Shown here: piece after piece, positions 36,957 through 46,518 of the stretch
How the letters are laid out: each line of letters opens with the position of its first letter
Numbering within the stretch: the first letter of the stretch is position 1
Assembly: GCA_040905425.1 (NCBI GenBank)
Contig: JBBDRO010000026.1
Location: 1-50,674, forward strand
Length of the DNA: 50,674 bases
Source of the DNA: Gemmatimonadota bacterium
GTDB lineage: Bacteria > Gemmatimonadota > Gemmatimonadetes > Longimicrobiales > RSA9
Direction: 5' to 3'
Made by a program: the position numbers and the translations under genes
The notes under the pieces: generated by a model
What the model saw: the letters and a program-made list of their open reading frames with translations, nothing else
Database searches by the model: none
What the model was told of the DNA's origin: nothing

Positions 36957-38396
36957 TCGCAGGGGCCGCAACGCGGCGGCCTTGATGCTGGCCACCAGGT
37001 CATCCCAGCCGCCGCCGCGTGAGGTGGACGTCTCCCGCCCGATGCGCGCCAGCGCCAGGAGCGCGATCAGGAAGAAGATGAGGTTCGGGCCCCATGGCCC
37101 CCAGAAGGGCGCGATGACGCCGTCGTCACCGAGCGTCTCGCCGCCGATCAGCGACATGTAGTAGATCCCGAAGATGCCCAGCGAGATGGCGATCACCATG
37201 CCCACTCCCCCCCGGGGAAAGCGCACGGCCAGCGGTGCGCCGAGCAGGACGAAGACAATGCACGCGAAGGGGATTGCCCACTTCTTGTGGATCTCCACGC
37301 TGTTGCGATTGACTTCCCGCTGGGCGTGCTGCGCCTGGGCGTTCAGCACGTCCAGATCGAGCGCCACGCGGCGCACCAGGGCGTCCTCCTCACCGGCCGA
37401 ACGGCCGCGGGCCAGCGCGCGCGCCGCCCCGGGCACGTCCGCCAGGTTCACGCGCCCTGCCTGCGCGGCCGCGGGGATACCGCCACGGTAGGCGTCCGCC
37501 CCGGCCAGCACGTCGTCCAGCGCGGCGCGGGCCACTACGGCGGCGGAATCGCGGAACACGGCCAGCTCCTGGCGCGCCGTATCCACCTGGGCGCGCAGCA
37601 TGGCAATGGACATCTCGCGGTCGCCGCGGCTGCGCCCCTCCTGATTGCGGGTCAGCTCGTCGCCCACCCCTTCGAGCACCGTCTGCTGCCGGTCGAAGAA
37701 CACGCGGTCGTAGACGGTGAGGTCCGACTCGGCCACCTCCTGCACCCAGCCCTCATCGAGGGTGAGGAGCAGGTCGGTCTGGTCCTGGTTGAAGTCCATG
37801 CGGCCGCGCTCGGCGTAGATGGTCCGGGCGCGGGTGGACTCGCTCATGTCGTAGATGACCACGTCCTCGAGCACGTTCGTGCCCCGGTCGATCTGGGCGG
37901 CCTGGATGTAGTAGCGGCGCCCCGCCTGGCTGGTGGGGATCAGGTTGACCACCTGCTCCTTCAGCAGGAAGGTGGGGCTCTTCCGGTTGGCGTCGGCCAG
38001 CAGCAGGCTGAGCTCGTGGTTGGTCTCGGGCAGCACACGATCGTTGAACCAGACCATGAAGCCGGTCAGCATGCCGGCGGCCACGAGCAGGGGGATGAGC
38101 AGCGTGAGCAGGTTCGTACCGCTGGCCTTCAGGGCCGTGATCTCGTTGTCCGCGGCCAGCTGGCTGAAGCCGTAGAGCACCGCCACGAGTACGGCCATGG
38201 GCGTGGTGAGCGCCACGATGTGCGGGATGGAAAGCGCAAAGACCTCGAAGTAGATGCTGAGCGGCAGGCCCTTGCCGGCCAGCTCCTCGAAGCGGCGCGC
38301 CACGGTGTTGATGAACAGCAGTCCCGTGAGTGCCGTGAGGGCAAACACGAAGGGCGCCGCGTGTACGCGGAGAAGGTATCGCGTCAGAATGCGCAT
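36933..38396 (-). CDS. lptF: LPS export ABC transporter permease LptF (YjgP/YjgQ family)
   Basis: MRILTRYLLR, PMAVLVAVL...LAADNEITALKASG, VEIHKKWAIPFAC...WGPNLIF. Confidence 0.9.
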   Translation of the reverse strand: MRILTRYLLRVHAAPFVFALTALTGLLFINTVARRFEELAGKGLPLSIYFEVFALSIPHIVALTTPMAVLVAVLYGFSQLAADNEITALKASGTNLLTLLIPLLVAAGMLTGFMVWFNDRVLPETNHELSLLLADANRKSPTFLLKEQVVNLIPTSQAGRRYYIQAAQIDRGTNVLEDVVIYDMSESTRARTIYAERGRMDFNQDQTDLLLTLDEGWVQEVAESDLTVYDRVFFDRQQTVLEGVGDELTRNQEGRSRGDREMSIAMLRAQVDTARQELAVFRDSAAVVARAALDDVLAGADAYRGGIPAAAQAGRVNLADVPGAARALARGRSAGEEDALVRRVALDLDVLNAQAQHAQREVNRNSVEIHKKWAIPFACIVFVLLGAPLAVRFPRGGVGMVIAISLGIFGIYYMSLIGGETLGDDGVIAPFWGPWGPNLIFFLIALLALARIGRETSTSRGGGWDDLVASIKAAALRPLRPLRRGAR

Positions 38397-38414
38397 CGGT
38401 GCGGCGTTCGTCAG

Positions 38415-38463
38415 TTGAGAGGCGTGTAAGTCGTTAGTATATTTAGAACTTGCTGGCCCGCAA
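38415..38463. promoter_or_regulatory. Putative bidirectional sigma70 promoter for sprA (+) and lptFG (-)
   Basis: Plus strand TTGAGA(38415)-N17-TATATT(38438); minus strand TTGCGG(38463)-N16-TATACT(38441). The two -10 boxes overlap. Confidence 0.55.
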
Positions 38464-38518
38464 ACCGCACGCGGGACCTTACTCCGCACAACCCCGGCGC
38501 CCGGCGCCGTCCGCCCCT

Positions 38519-41500
38519 ATGAGTGCAGCACGCATCCGGACGCTTCCGCTGGCGTGGCGGCCCCCGGTCGCGGGGCCCGGCGCAGGCGTGCGGGCAACTG
38601 GCGGTGGCCGTGCAACGGGGCTGCGGGATCAGCCCGGCGGCGGTGGCCGTGCAACGGGGCTGCGGGCCCGGGCATTCGCCGGGCGGTCCGAGGCGTTGCT
38701 GCGTGCCCGCTTCCCAGGTGCCCTGCTGCAGGCGACGACGCTGGCCGCCGCCCTCGCCGCGCTGTCCTTCACGCCCGCGGCCGCGCAGGCGCCGCCCGTC
38801 CGTTTCCAGGCCCGTGCCATCCCGGACAGCGCCACTGCCGCCGCTGCCGTTGCCGTGCGGCCGGGCATCCGCGCAGACGCCTGGCGCGTTCGGGCCCTGG
38901 CAGGTACACCGGTGGCGCTCGGTCGTTTCCCTGGGAGCGCGGCGGAGCGCATGGAGCGGGTGTTCCTGCCGCTCAGCTTCCTGGGCTGGGTCGAGGCGCG
39001 GACGGGGCGGTTGGAGGAGATCCTGGAGCGCGAACGTCGGGCGCTCCGGGTCGCTTACATGAAGCCGGCGGGGGTGGCCGATAGCACGGTGGGACGGCAA
39101 TCGGGGGCGGGGGATCAGATCCTGGCGGAGGAGCTGGTGGCGGGGGATTCGCTGGCGGCGGGGGACTCGCTCGTGGCGGCGGGCCAGGCGGCGGCCGACA
39201 CGGTGCGGTGGCTGATCCTGCCGATGGACCGCGACTCGCTGCGGGCGGCGCGCGACTCGCTGCGCGTGGACCAGCCGGGCGTGGAGGTGACGGACGAGCT
39301 CCTGGGTGAGGCGCTCAGCCGCTATGCGGACCTGGGCATGGAGGTGACGGGGACGGGGGACTTCGGCGGCTCCTGGACGCGCTACAGCCCGTGCGACCCG
39401 ACCACGCCGTTCAACTGTGATCCGGGGCTCATTCCGCGCCTGCAGCCCACGGTGGACTTCTCGTTGCGCGTGGGCGGCACCGTCTCGGAGCGGATCCATC
39501 TGGACGTGGATTACAACCAGACGCGCCAGGACTTCGGCAGCCAGAACATCAACGTCTGGTACCAGGGCTTCGAGGACGAGGTGCTGCAGCGCGTGGAGGT
39601 GGGGGACGTGTCGCTGCGGCTGCCGGCCTCGCGCTTTATCGGGCAGGGCATCCCGGCGGGCAACTTCGGCTTCCGCGGCGCCGGGCGGCTGGGGCCCATG
39701 GACTTCCAGGCGGTGTGGGCGCAGCAGCGCGGGGACGTCACCACCCGCGAGTTCAAGCTGGGCGGCGCGGGGGCGCAGCAGTCGCTGGTGCAGCACGAGG
39801 AGCTGGAGCTGGATGACGCGGACTACGCGCGGGGGCAGTTCTTCTACCTGGCCCACCCGGATTCGCTCGGGCCGGCGCCGCACCTGGACCCGCTGCGCCT
39901 GGTGCCGGAGGACGCGCCGGCCACCGTGCGCCCCGATGCCGGGGGCACGCTGCAGGTGTTCGTGGACGAGCGCTACTCGGCGGGCAACGCCCAGGAGCAG
40001 GCGTCGCTGGGCTTCTTCCTGGCCGACGCGCTGCCGGCGGGCTCCACGAACCGCCACAGCGGGCTCTTCCGGCGCCTCACCCCGGGCGAGGACTACTACC
40101 TCCACTCCAGCGGTCTGTGGCTGGCGCTGCGGGCACCGCTCCGCCCGGACGAGGCGCTGGCGGTGGCCTACGTCACCGCGGCCGGGGACACGGTGGGCCA
40201 CCTGAACGCGGAGTCGGCGCCGGCGGGCACCACCCCGGAGCTGCGCCTGGTGCGCGGCGCGCAGGCGGTGCACCAGCCGGGGCAGCCCACCTGGCCCTTC
40301 GAGATGCATAGCGTCTACCGGGTGCGGGGCACCGAGGTGGACGTGGAGACGCTGGAGCTGGACATCTCGCTCGGCGGCCTCTCGGCGGGCCGGACCTTTA
40401 CCGAGGCCAACGGCCAGCAGACCTCCTTCATCCAGCTCTTCGGCCTGGACGAGCAGGCGCCGCTGGAGCGGCTGGACCGCTCGCTCATCTGGCAGCCGGG
40501 CGGCGCCGATCCGGTCTCCGCGAGCCGCGAGGGGATCAGCGGCACCTTCGTCTTCTTCCCCACGCTGGAGCCGTTCCGCGCGCCCCCACCCAGCCGCAAC
40601 CTGACGGCCGCCGAGGCCGCCGCAGCGCTGGGCAGCGACGGCAACGCGAAGATCTACACGGAGCCGGACCCCGTCACGCGCCAGGGCTCGGGCCGCTTCC
40701 GCCTGAACTTCCGCTTCCGCACCAACGTGGAGGGGCTGCGAGAGACCTTCTCGCTGGGCACCTTCGGCATGCGCGAGGGGAGCGAGCGGATCGTGCTGGG
40801 CAACCGGCCGCTCGTGCGGGACGTGGACTACGAGATCGACTACACCATCGGCATGGTGACGCTGCGCAACGCGGCGGCGCTGTTCGCGGCCAATCCGGAC
40901 GCGGAGCTGCGCGTCACCCTGGAGCAGCAGGCGCTCTTCGACCTGGCACCCACCAGCGTCTTCGGCATGAACGCCACCTACCAGGTGGGCCGGCGCGGCA
41001 CGGTGGACCTGGTGGGGCTCTACCAGAGCGAGAAGAACATCTTCGCGCGGCCGGAGCTGGGCACCGAGCCGGGCGCGGCGCTGGTGGCCGGGGTGAAGGC
41101 GGACCTGGACCTGGGAGGAGCGGGCCTGCACCGGCTGCTCTCGGCGCTGCCGGGGCTCCGGCTGGCCGGCGAATCCAGCGTGCGGCTCTCGGGTGAGGCG
41201 GCCCTCTCGGCGCCCGATCCGAACTCCCGCGGCGCCGCCTACCTGGACGATTTCGAGGGCACGGACGCCACCTGGCTGAGCGTGAACGCGCAGGACTGGA
41301 AGCTGGGCTCGGTGCCGGGCAGCCGGGACGGCTCCGAGGGCGTCCTGCCGCTCAGCATGGACGCCGCCAGCGCGGACAGCCTGGTCTGGCAGCACCTGGT
41401 GCAGCAGGGCGGCGGCACCGCCGGCGGCGAGCTGCCCGGCAACATCGACCGGGCCATCCAGGTGGCGGGCGCCGCGCAGCGCGAATCGGTGCTGTGGCTC

Positions 41501-44500
41501 ACCATGGGCGGCCGGGGCGCGCCGCCCGCGGGCCAGCGCTGGCGCTCCATGACCACCGTGCTGTCCAGCACGGGGCGGGACCTGTCGCGCGCCGAGTACC
41601 TGGAGCTGTACGTGAACTCGGCCCGCCCCATGGCGCTGGTCCTGGACCTGGGCAGCGTGAGCGAGGACGCCTTCTACCTGACCCCCGAGGGCGCCACGAA
41701 CGGCACCTACGAGGACGGCCGGCCCTGGGGACTGGGCGTGCTGGACGAGGAGGCCCGCCTGGCGGAGCGCGAGGTGTGGGGCACCACGGCCGATGCGCGC
41801 GGCCTCTGGGACCAGCCGTGCCAGGTGCGGCCGCTGGAGGCGCATCCGCTGGGCCACCCGGCGGCCAACTGCACCCGCGGCAACGGCGTGCCGGATACCG
41901 AAGACCTGGACGGCAACGGGGTGCTGGATGCCACGGACGGCGCCTACTTCCGCTACGTGGTGCAGCTCGGCCCCGGCTCCCCCTACCTGGCGCGGGACAC
42001 GGCGGAGACGGGCACGGCCTACCGCCTCTACCGCATCCCCCTGCGCTCCACCGGCACGCCCGTCAACGGTGCCTCGGACGCCACCTGGCGCTTCGTGAAG
42101 CATCTGCGCATGACCGTGGCGGGGGACCACCAGGGCGCCTCGAGCGGCTTCAACGCGGCCATTGCCCGGCCGCGCATCGTGGGCTCGCGCTGGGCCAAGC
42201 GGGACGTCACGGGCGTGCGCCGCGGCCTGCTGGACGACGAGGAGGGCCTGAGCGCCTCGACCGCGCGCGTGCAGGTGGGGCCGGCCGGCCGCCTGACCGA
42301 CGGCGGCGCCTACAGCTCGCCGCCCGGCGTCATCGACCAGCTGCAGGATCCCACGCAGGGCGTGGGCGCCGGCGGCGTGGAGTTCAATGAGAAGGGCCTG
42401 CGCCTGCGCTACGAGGAGCTGGGCGCCGACGAGCGGGCGGAGGTCTACTTCCGCTACCCGCAGACGCCGCGCAACTTCCTGGACTACCGCCAGCTCCGCC
42501 TGTGGGCGGTGGCGCGGGAGGGGGACTGGGGGCCGGAGGGCAGCGAGACGCTGCTGGTGAAGGTGGGCACGGACGCCCGCAACTTCTACCTGTACCGCGC
42601 GCCGCTCAATCCGGCCACCGGCGGCGCGGTGGTGCCCGGGGACTGGACGCCGGAGCTGGTCATCGAGTTCGCTCCCTGGCTGGAGCTCCGCCGCCAGGCC
42701 GAGGAGCGGCTGGTGGTGCGCGGGCCGCTGGCCACGCAGGACACCCTCTGGAACGAGGCCGGCACGCACGCGGTGGTGCTGGAGGAGCGCGGCCGGGCCC
42801 CCAACCTGGCCGCCGTGCGCGAGCTTTCCCTGGCCGTCCACAACGCGGCCGGCTTCCCGGCCACCGGTGAGGTGTGGCTGAATGACATCCGCCTGGATGC
42901 TCCCTACCGGGAGCCGGGCGGCGCGGGCCAGGTGGACTTCACGGTGCAGGGCGGGGACTTCATGGACGTCCGCCTCTCGCTGGACAACCGCGGCGCCCGC
43001 TTCCGGCAGCTGAACCAGGACGCTCGCTACGTCACCAACGGCAATCTGGCCTTCTCCAGCACCGCCAACCTGGGGCGCATGTTGCCGGCCGGCTGGGGAG
43101 TGGCGCTGCCCGTGAGCGTGCGCCACGCCCGCACGGCCGACGACCCCTACTTCCTGCAGGGCGGGGACGTGCTGGCCGGGGAGCTGGAGGGGCTGCGCGA
43201 GACGGGCAGCAGCAACACGGACGTGGTGGTGAATCTGCGCCGGGAGGCCCCCTTGGCCCATCCGCTGCTCTCCCTGCTGGTGGACGGCATGGCGCTCTCG
43301 CTGCGCTACAACACCGCCGAGAACAAGGGCCTCACGCAGCGCGCGGAGGCGCACGGCCTCACGGGCGGACTCAGCTACCGGCGCCAGCCCGCGGCGCGCA
43401 CGCTGGACCCGGTGCCCGCGCCCGTGGAGGGCGTGGTGCGGGCGCTGCTGCCCGGCTTCATCCAGGCCAGCAGCCTGTTCCAGCGCATTGCCGCCTCACC
43501 CTTCCGCTGGAGCCCCACGGACCTCTCCTTCGGCGGCTCCTACGAGGATCGCAACGCCCGCTCCTATCGCTTCAACCGGATCCTGACCACCGCGGAGGAC
43601 TCGCTGGTGAAGCCCACCGAGTCACCGCGCGTGGGTCTGAACACCGAGGTGGGCATTGGTTTCCGGCCCTTCAGTACGCTCAGCATGGGCGCCGATCTGC
43701 GTACCGCCCGGGATCTGCTCGACCCCGCCCGCGCGGCCACGGTGGCCAGCACGCGCGAGGCGCTGGCGCGGGCGCGCGGCGAGCTGGCCGGCATGGACGT
43801 GGGCTGGGAGGTGGACCGCAGCCTGGCCACGCGCTTCAGCTACGAGCCACGCATCTTTTCCTGGCTGGCCGCTAGCTACCGTTTCGATCACCGCTTCGGG
43901 CAGCGCCGTGACGCCGCCAACTTCCAGCAGGTGGTCGAGGGGGCGGATACGGTGGCCGAGCTCCAGCGCCGCTTCAACGGGGACCGTACCATCGACCGCC
44001 GGCTGGAGCTGAGCCCGGCCGCCGTGGCGGACGCCCTGCTGGGCGCGCCCGACAGCGCCGCGGGCGGCCCGGCCGCGCTGGCGCACCGCGCGCTCGGCGC
44101 CGTGCAGGACGTCCGCCTGCAGTGGCGTGACCGCCTGTCCTCCCGCTACGAGCAGGAAACCAACGCGCCGGACGCCATCTACCAGTTCGGCCTGGGCGGC
44201 CTGGACCACTTCCGTTTCCTGAACGGGGACACGGCCAGCTTGGCCACCGACGAGCGCCTCTTCGAGGTGCAGGGCGGCGTGAACCTGCCGGCCTCCCTGG
44301 CGCTCACGGTGCGCCGGAGCGAGGCCACGAGCCAGAGCCTGGACGTGCGCGGCGGCCTGCGCGAGCGCACCAGGGAGACGTGGCCTTCCCTCACGCTGAA
44401 CGCCGCCCAGCTCCCCGTGCCGGAGTGGCTGCGCGGCACGTTGCGCCAGGCCAGCGCCAGCATGGGCTACGAGGAAACGCTGGAATCCACGGTGCTCGGC

Positions 44501-45025
44501 CGGGTGGGCGACCCGCCGCGCACGGCCGAGTCCACGCGGCTCACGCCCACCCTGCGCCTCACCCTGGGGCAGGGCATCATCATGAGCTACCGCGGCAATC
44601 TGACCGACCGCACGGGCCGCGAGCCGACGGGCCGCACGGAACGCGCCCACGCGCAGCACAGCCTGGAGCTGCGGGGCACCCTCATGCCGCCCGAGGGCTG
44701 GCGGGAGCGGCTGCGCGGGTCGCTCAACCCCGGCCTCACGGTGGAGTGGCTGAGCACCGACGAGTGCCGCGTGCGGGCCGCCGCGGTGGACGCGGAGGCG
44801 TGCGTGCCCTATATCGATCTGAACACCCGGCGCATCAACTTCAATCTGGACACCAACCTATCGGACCTGATGGTGGGTGTGCGCCTGAGTCACAACGCCA
44901 ATCAGAACAACGTGGGCACCGCCACGGGGTCCAACCAGTTCTCCATCGGTTTCTTCGGGCAGTTCCGCCTCTCGGCCGGCCGCTTCCCCGAGACGCGCGC
45001 GCCCGGCCTGCCCGGCATCCGCTAG
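38519..45025 (+). CDS. sprA: SprA/Sov-like very large outer-membrane protein (T9SS translocon homologue)
   Basis: About 2,170 aa; signal peptide ending AAA|Q; SprA-like motifs VWYQGFEDEVLQRVEVGDVSL, LVRDVDYEIDYTIGMV, AYLDDFEG, LDLGSVSED, PDTEDLDGNGVLD and GEVWLNDIRL; amphipathic beta-strands in the C-terminal part. Start uncertain. Confidence 0.82.
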   Translation: MSAARIRTLPLAWRPPVAGPGAGVRATGGGRATGLRDQPGGGGRATGLRARAFAGRSEALLRARFPGALLQATTLAAALAALSFTPAAAQAPPVRFQARAIPDSATAAAAVAVRPGIRADAWRVRALAGTPVALGRFPGSAAERMERVFLPLSFLGWVEARTGRLEEILERERRALRVAYMKPAGVADSTVGRQSGAGDQILAEELVAGDSLAAGDSLVAAGQAAADTVRWLILPMDRDSLRAARDSLRVDQPGVEVTDELLGEALSRYADLGMEVTGTGDFGGSWTRYSPCDPTTPFNCDPGLIPRLQPTVDFSLRVGGTVSERIHLDVDYNQTRQDFGSQNINVWYQGFEDEVLQRVEVGDVSLRLPASRFIGQGIPAGNFGFRGAGRLGPMDFQAVWAQQRGDVTTREFKLGGAGAQQSLVQHEELELDDADYARGQFFYLAHPDSLGPAPHLDPLRLVPEDAPATVRPDAGGTLQVFVDERYSAGNAQEQASLGFFLADALPAGSTNRHSGLFRRLTPGEDYYLHSSGLWLALRAPLRPDEALAVAYVTAAGDTVGHLNAESAPAGTTPELRLVRGAQAVHQPGQPTWPFEMHSVYRVRGTEVDVETLELDISLGGLSAGRTFTEANGQQTSFIQLFGLDEQAPLERLDRSLIWQPGGADPVSASREGISGTFVFFPTLEPFRAPPPSRNLTAAEAAAALGSDGNAKIYTEPDPVTRQGSGRFRLNFRFRTNVEGLRETFSLGTFGMREGSERIVLGNRPLVRDVDYEIDYTIGMVTLRNAAALFAANPDAELRVTLEQQALFDLAPTSVFGMNATYQVGRRGTVDLVGLYQSEKNIFARPELGTEPGAALVAGVKADLDLGGAGLHRLLSALPGLRLAGESSVRLSGEAALSAPDPNSRGAAYLDDFEGTDATWLSVNAQDWKLGSVPGSRDGSEGVLPLSMDAASADSLVWQHLVQQGGGTAGGELPGNIDRAIQVAGAAQRESVLWLTMGGRGAPPAGQRWRSMTTVLSSTGRDLSRAEYLELYVNSARPMALVLDLGSVSEDAFYLTPEGATNGTYEDGRPWGLGVLDEEARLAEREVWGTTADARGLWDQPCQVRPLEAHPLGHPAANCTRGNGVPDTEDLDGNGVLDATDGAYFRYVVQLGPGSPYLARDTAETGTAYRLYRIPLRSTGTPVNGASDATWRFVKHLRMTVAGDHQGASSGFNAAIARPRIVGSRWAKRDVTGVRRGLLDDEEGLSASTARVQVGPAGRLTDGGAYSSPPGVIDQLQDPTQGVGAGGVEFNEKGLRLRYEELGADERAEVYFRYPQTPRNFLDYRQLRLWAVAREGDWGPEGSETLLVKVGTDARNFYLYRAPLNPATGGAVVPGDWTPELVIEFAPWLELRRQAEERLVVRGPLATQDTLWNEAGTHAVVLEERGRAPNLAAVRELSLAVHNAAGFPATGEVWLNDIRLDAPYREPGGAGQVDFTVQGGDFMDVRLSLDNRGARFRQLNQDARYVTNGNLAFSSTANLGRMLPAGWGVALPVSVRHARTADDPYFLQGGDVLAGELEGLRETGSSNTDVVVNLRREAPLAHPLLSLLVDGMALSLRYNTAENKGLTQRAEAHGLTGGLSYRRQPAARTLDPVPAPVEGVVRALLPGFIQASSLFQRIAASPFRWSPTDLSFGGSYEDRNARSYRFNRILTTAEDSLVKPTESPRVGLNTEVGIGFRPFSTLSMGADLRTARDLLDPARAATVASTREALARARGELAGMDVGWEVDRSLATRFSYEPRIFSWLAASYRFDHRFGQRRDAANFQQVVEGADTVAELQRRFNGDRTIDRRLELSPAAVADALLGAPDSAAGGPAALAHRALGAVQDVRLQWRDRLSSRYEQETNAPDAIYQFGLGGLDHFRFLNGDTASLATDERLFEVQGGVNLPASLALTVRRSEATSQSLDVRGGLRERTRETWPSLTLNAAQLPVPEWLRGTLRQASASMGYEETLESTVLGRVGDPPRTAESTRLTPTLRLTLGQGIIMSYRGNLTDRTGREPTGRTERAHAQHSLELRGTLMPPEGWRERLRGSLNPGLTVEWLSTDECRVRAAAVDAEACVPYIDLNTRRINFNLDTNLSDLMVGVRLSHNANQNNVGTATGSNQFSIGFFGQFRLSAGRFPETRAPGLPGIR
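38600..38666 (+). repeat. 28-bp direct repeat with 39-bp period in the 5' end of sprA
   Basis: ggcggtggccgtgcaacggggctgcggg at 38600-38627 and 38639-38666. Confidence 0.85.
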
Positions 45026-45036
45026 GAGAGGGTCAC

Positions 45037-45972
45037 ATGAGACATTTCGCGCTCACCGTGCTGCTGCTGGCCGCCTGCCAGAACGGCGGCGCCGGCCAGA
45101 TGGGCGGCACCGCCGCGCTGGTGGACGCCCCCGAGTTCCCGGCGGACAGCGCCTTCGCACTGCTCCGCCACCAGGTGGCCTTCGGGCCGCGGGCGCCCGG
45201 CACCGAGGGGCACCGCGCCCAGCTGGCCTGGATGGAGGAATTCCTGCAAGCGCGGGCGGACACGGTGGTGGTGCAGCGCTTCGAGCACACGCCGAACGCC
45301 GGCGGTGCGCCCATCTCCATGGCCAACGTCTTCGCGCGCTTTGCGCCCGAGAACCCCACGCGCATCCTGCTGGCGGCCCACTGGGACACGCGTCCCACGG
45401 CGGACAACGAGGGCCGGCGGGAGGACCGCGAGCGGCCCATCCCGGGCGCCAACGACGGCGCCAGCGGCGTGGCCGTGCTGCTGGCGCTGGCGCAGGTGCT
45501 GGCGGCCCATGCGCCGCCCATCGGGGTGGACCTGCTGCTCACGGACGGGGAGGACTTCGGCCCGGGTGAGATGTACCTGGGCGCCGAGCACTTCGCGGCC
45601 GACCCGGTGCCCGGCGCCGGCTACCGGCCGCTCTACGGCGTGCTGGTGGACATGGTGGGGGACCGGGAGCCGCGCTTTCCGCAGGAGGACTACTCGCGCG
45701 AGCGCGCCCCCGAGGTGGTGGACCGCATCTGGCGGCTGGCGCACGACATGGGGCTGGGCGGCTACTTCCCCATGCGCAACCAGGGCGCCATCTCGGACGA
45801 TCACCTGGCGCTCAACGACGCGGGCATCCGCACGGCCAACATCATCGACTTCGACTACGGCCCGGGCAACCGCTTCTGGCACACCCAGGAGGATAACCTG
45901 GAGAACGTGGGCCCCGAGGGGCTGGAGGTGGTCGGGCGCGTGTTGCTGCAACTGATCTACCGGGGCGGCTGA
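45037..45972 (+). CDS. M28-family lipoprotein, glutaminyl cyclase-like
   Basis: Lipobox LLLAA|C; QVAFGPRAPGT, LLAAHWDTRP, GANDGASGV, TDGEDFG, DMVGD, DDH and FWHTQED. Confidence 0.85.
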   Translation: MRHFALTVLLLAACQNGGAGQMGGTAALVDAPEFPADSAFALLRHQVAFGPRAPGTEGHRAQLAWMEEFLQARADTVVVQRFEHTPNAGGAPISMANVFARFAPENPTRILLAAHWDTRPTADNEGRREDRERPIPGANDGASGVAVLLALAQVLAAHAPPIGVDLLLTDGEDFGPGEMYLGAEHFAADPVPGAGYRPLYGVLVDMVGDREPRFPQEDYSRERAPEVVDRIWRLAHDMGLGGYFPMRNQGAISDDHLALNDAGIRTANIIDFDYGPGNRFWHTQEDNLENVGPEGLEVVGRVLLQLIYRGG

Positions 45973-46032
45973 GGGCGGCGGTGTGGCCCACCCGCCCATG
46001 GCCGTGCCCGCCCCGCGCGCGCACCGTGAGGC

Positions 46033-46425
46033 ATGCTCCGCCTCTCCCGCGACGAGACCCGCGCCCTCACGCTGGTGGTGGCGCTGCTGCTGGCCAGCGG
46101 CGGCGTGCGCTACGCACGCCGGCCGGCCCCGCTCGAGCTCACCGCCCCGGAGCTGGACGTGCCCGCGCTGGCGGATTCCAGCCGCGCGGCCATGGTGCGC
46201 GCCGAGCGGGCCGGCACGCCGCTCGGCGAAGGGGAGAGGCTGGACCCCAACACCGCGGGGGTGACGGAGCTGCAGCGCCTGCCCGGCATCGGGCCGGCGC
46301 TGGCGGCGCGCATCGTCGCTTACAGAGACAGTGCCGGCCCTTTCCGTACGCCGGAGGAGCTCCTCCGGGTGCCCGGCATCGGCGCCACCACGTTGGAGCG
46401 GCTGCGACCCCATCTGGGCCGCTGA
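46033..46425 (+). CDS. comEA: ComEA-family helix-hairpin-helix DNA-binding protein
   Basis: N-terminal TM helix; LDPNTA...LQRLPGIGPALAARIVAYR...GPFRTPEELLRVPGIG. Confidence 0.9.
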   Translation: MLRLSRDETRALTLVVALLLASGGVRYARRPAPLELTAPELDVPALADSSRAAMVRAERAGTPLGEGERLDPNTAGVTELQRLPGIGPALAARIVAYRDSAGPFRTPEELLRVPGIGATTLERLRPHLGR

Positions 46426-46437
46426 GGCATCCAATCC

Positions 46438-46467
46438 TTGACCGCGTAACCTGCTTCGCGGTAACTT
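46438..46467 (+). promoter_or_regulatory. Putative sigma70 promoter of pilB-pilT-pilC
   Basis: TTGACC-N18-TAACTT. Confidence 0.55.
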
Positions 46468-46518
46468 TTTGCTTCCTCTCGAACTCAATTCCCCCACGCG
46501 AGGTCGCGTAGTACAGGA

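Noticed and set aside
38411..43354. 1,647-aa minus-strand ORF, and other long antisense ORFs (314-3076, 11189-14134, 24613-27042, 28068-30314)
   Set aside because: Shadow frames of GC3-rich genes on the opposite strand; biased Arg/Ala/Gly/His composition and no motifs.
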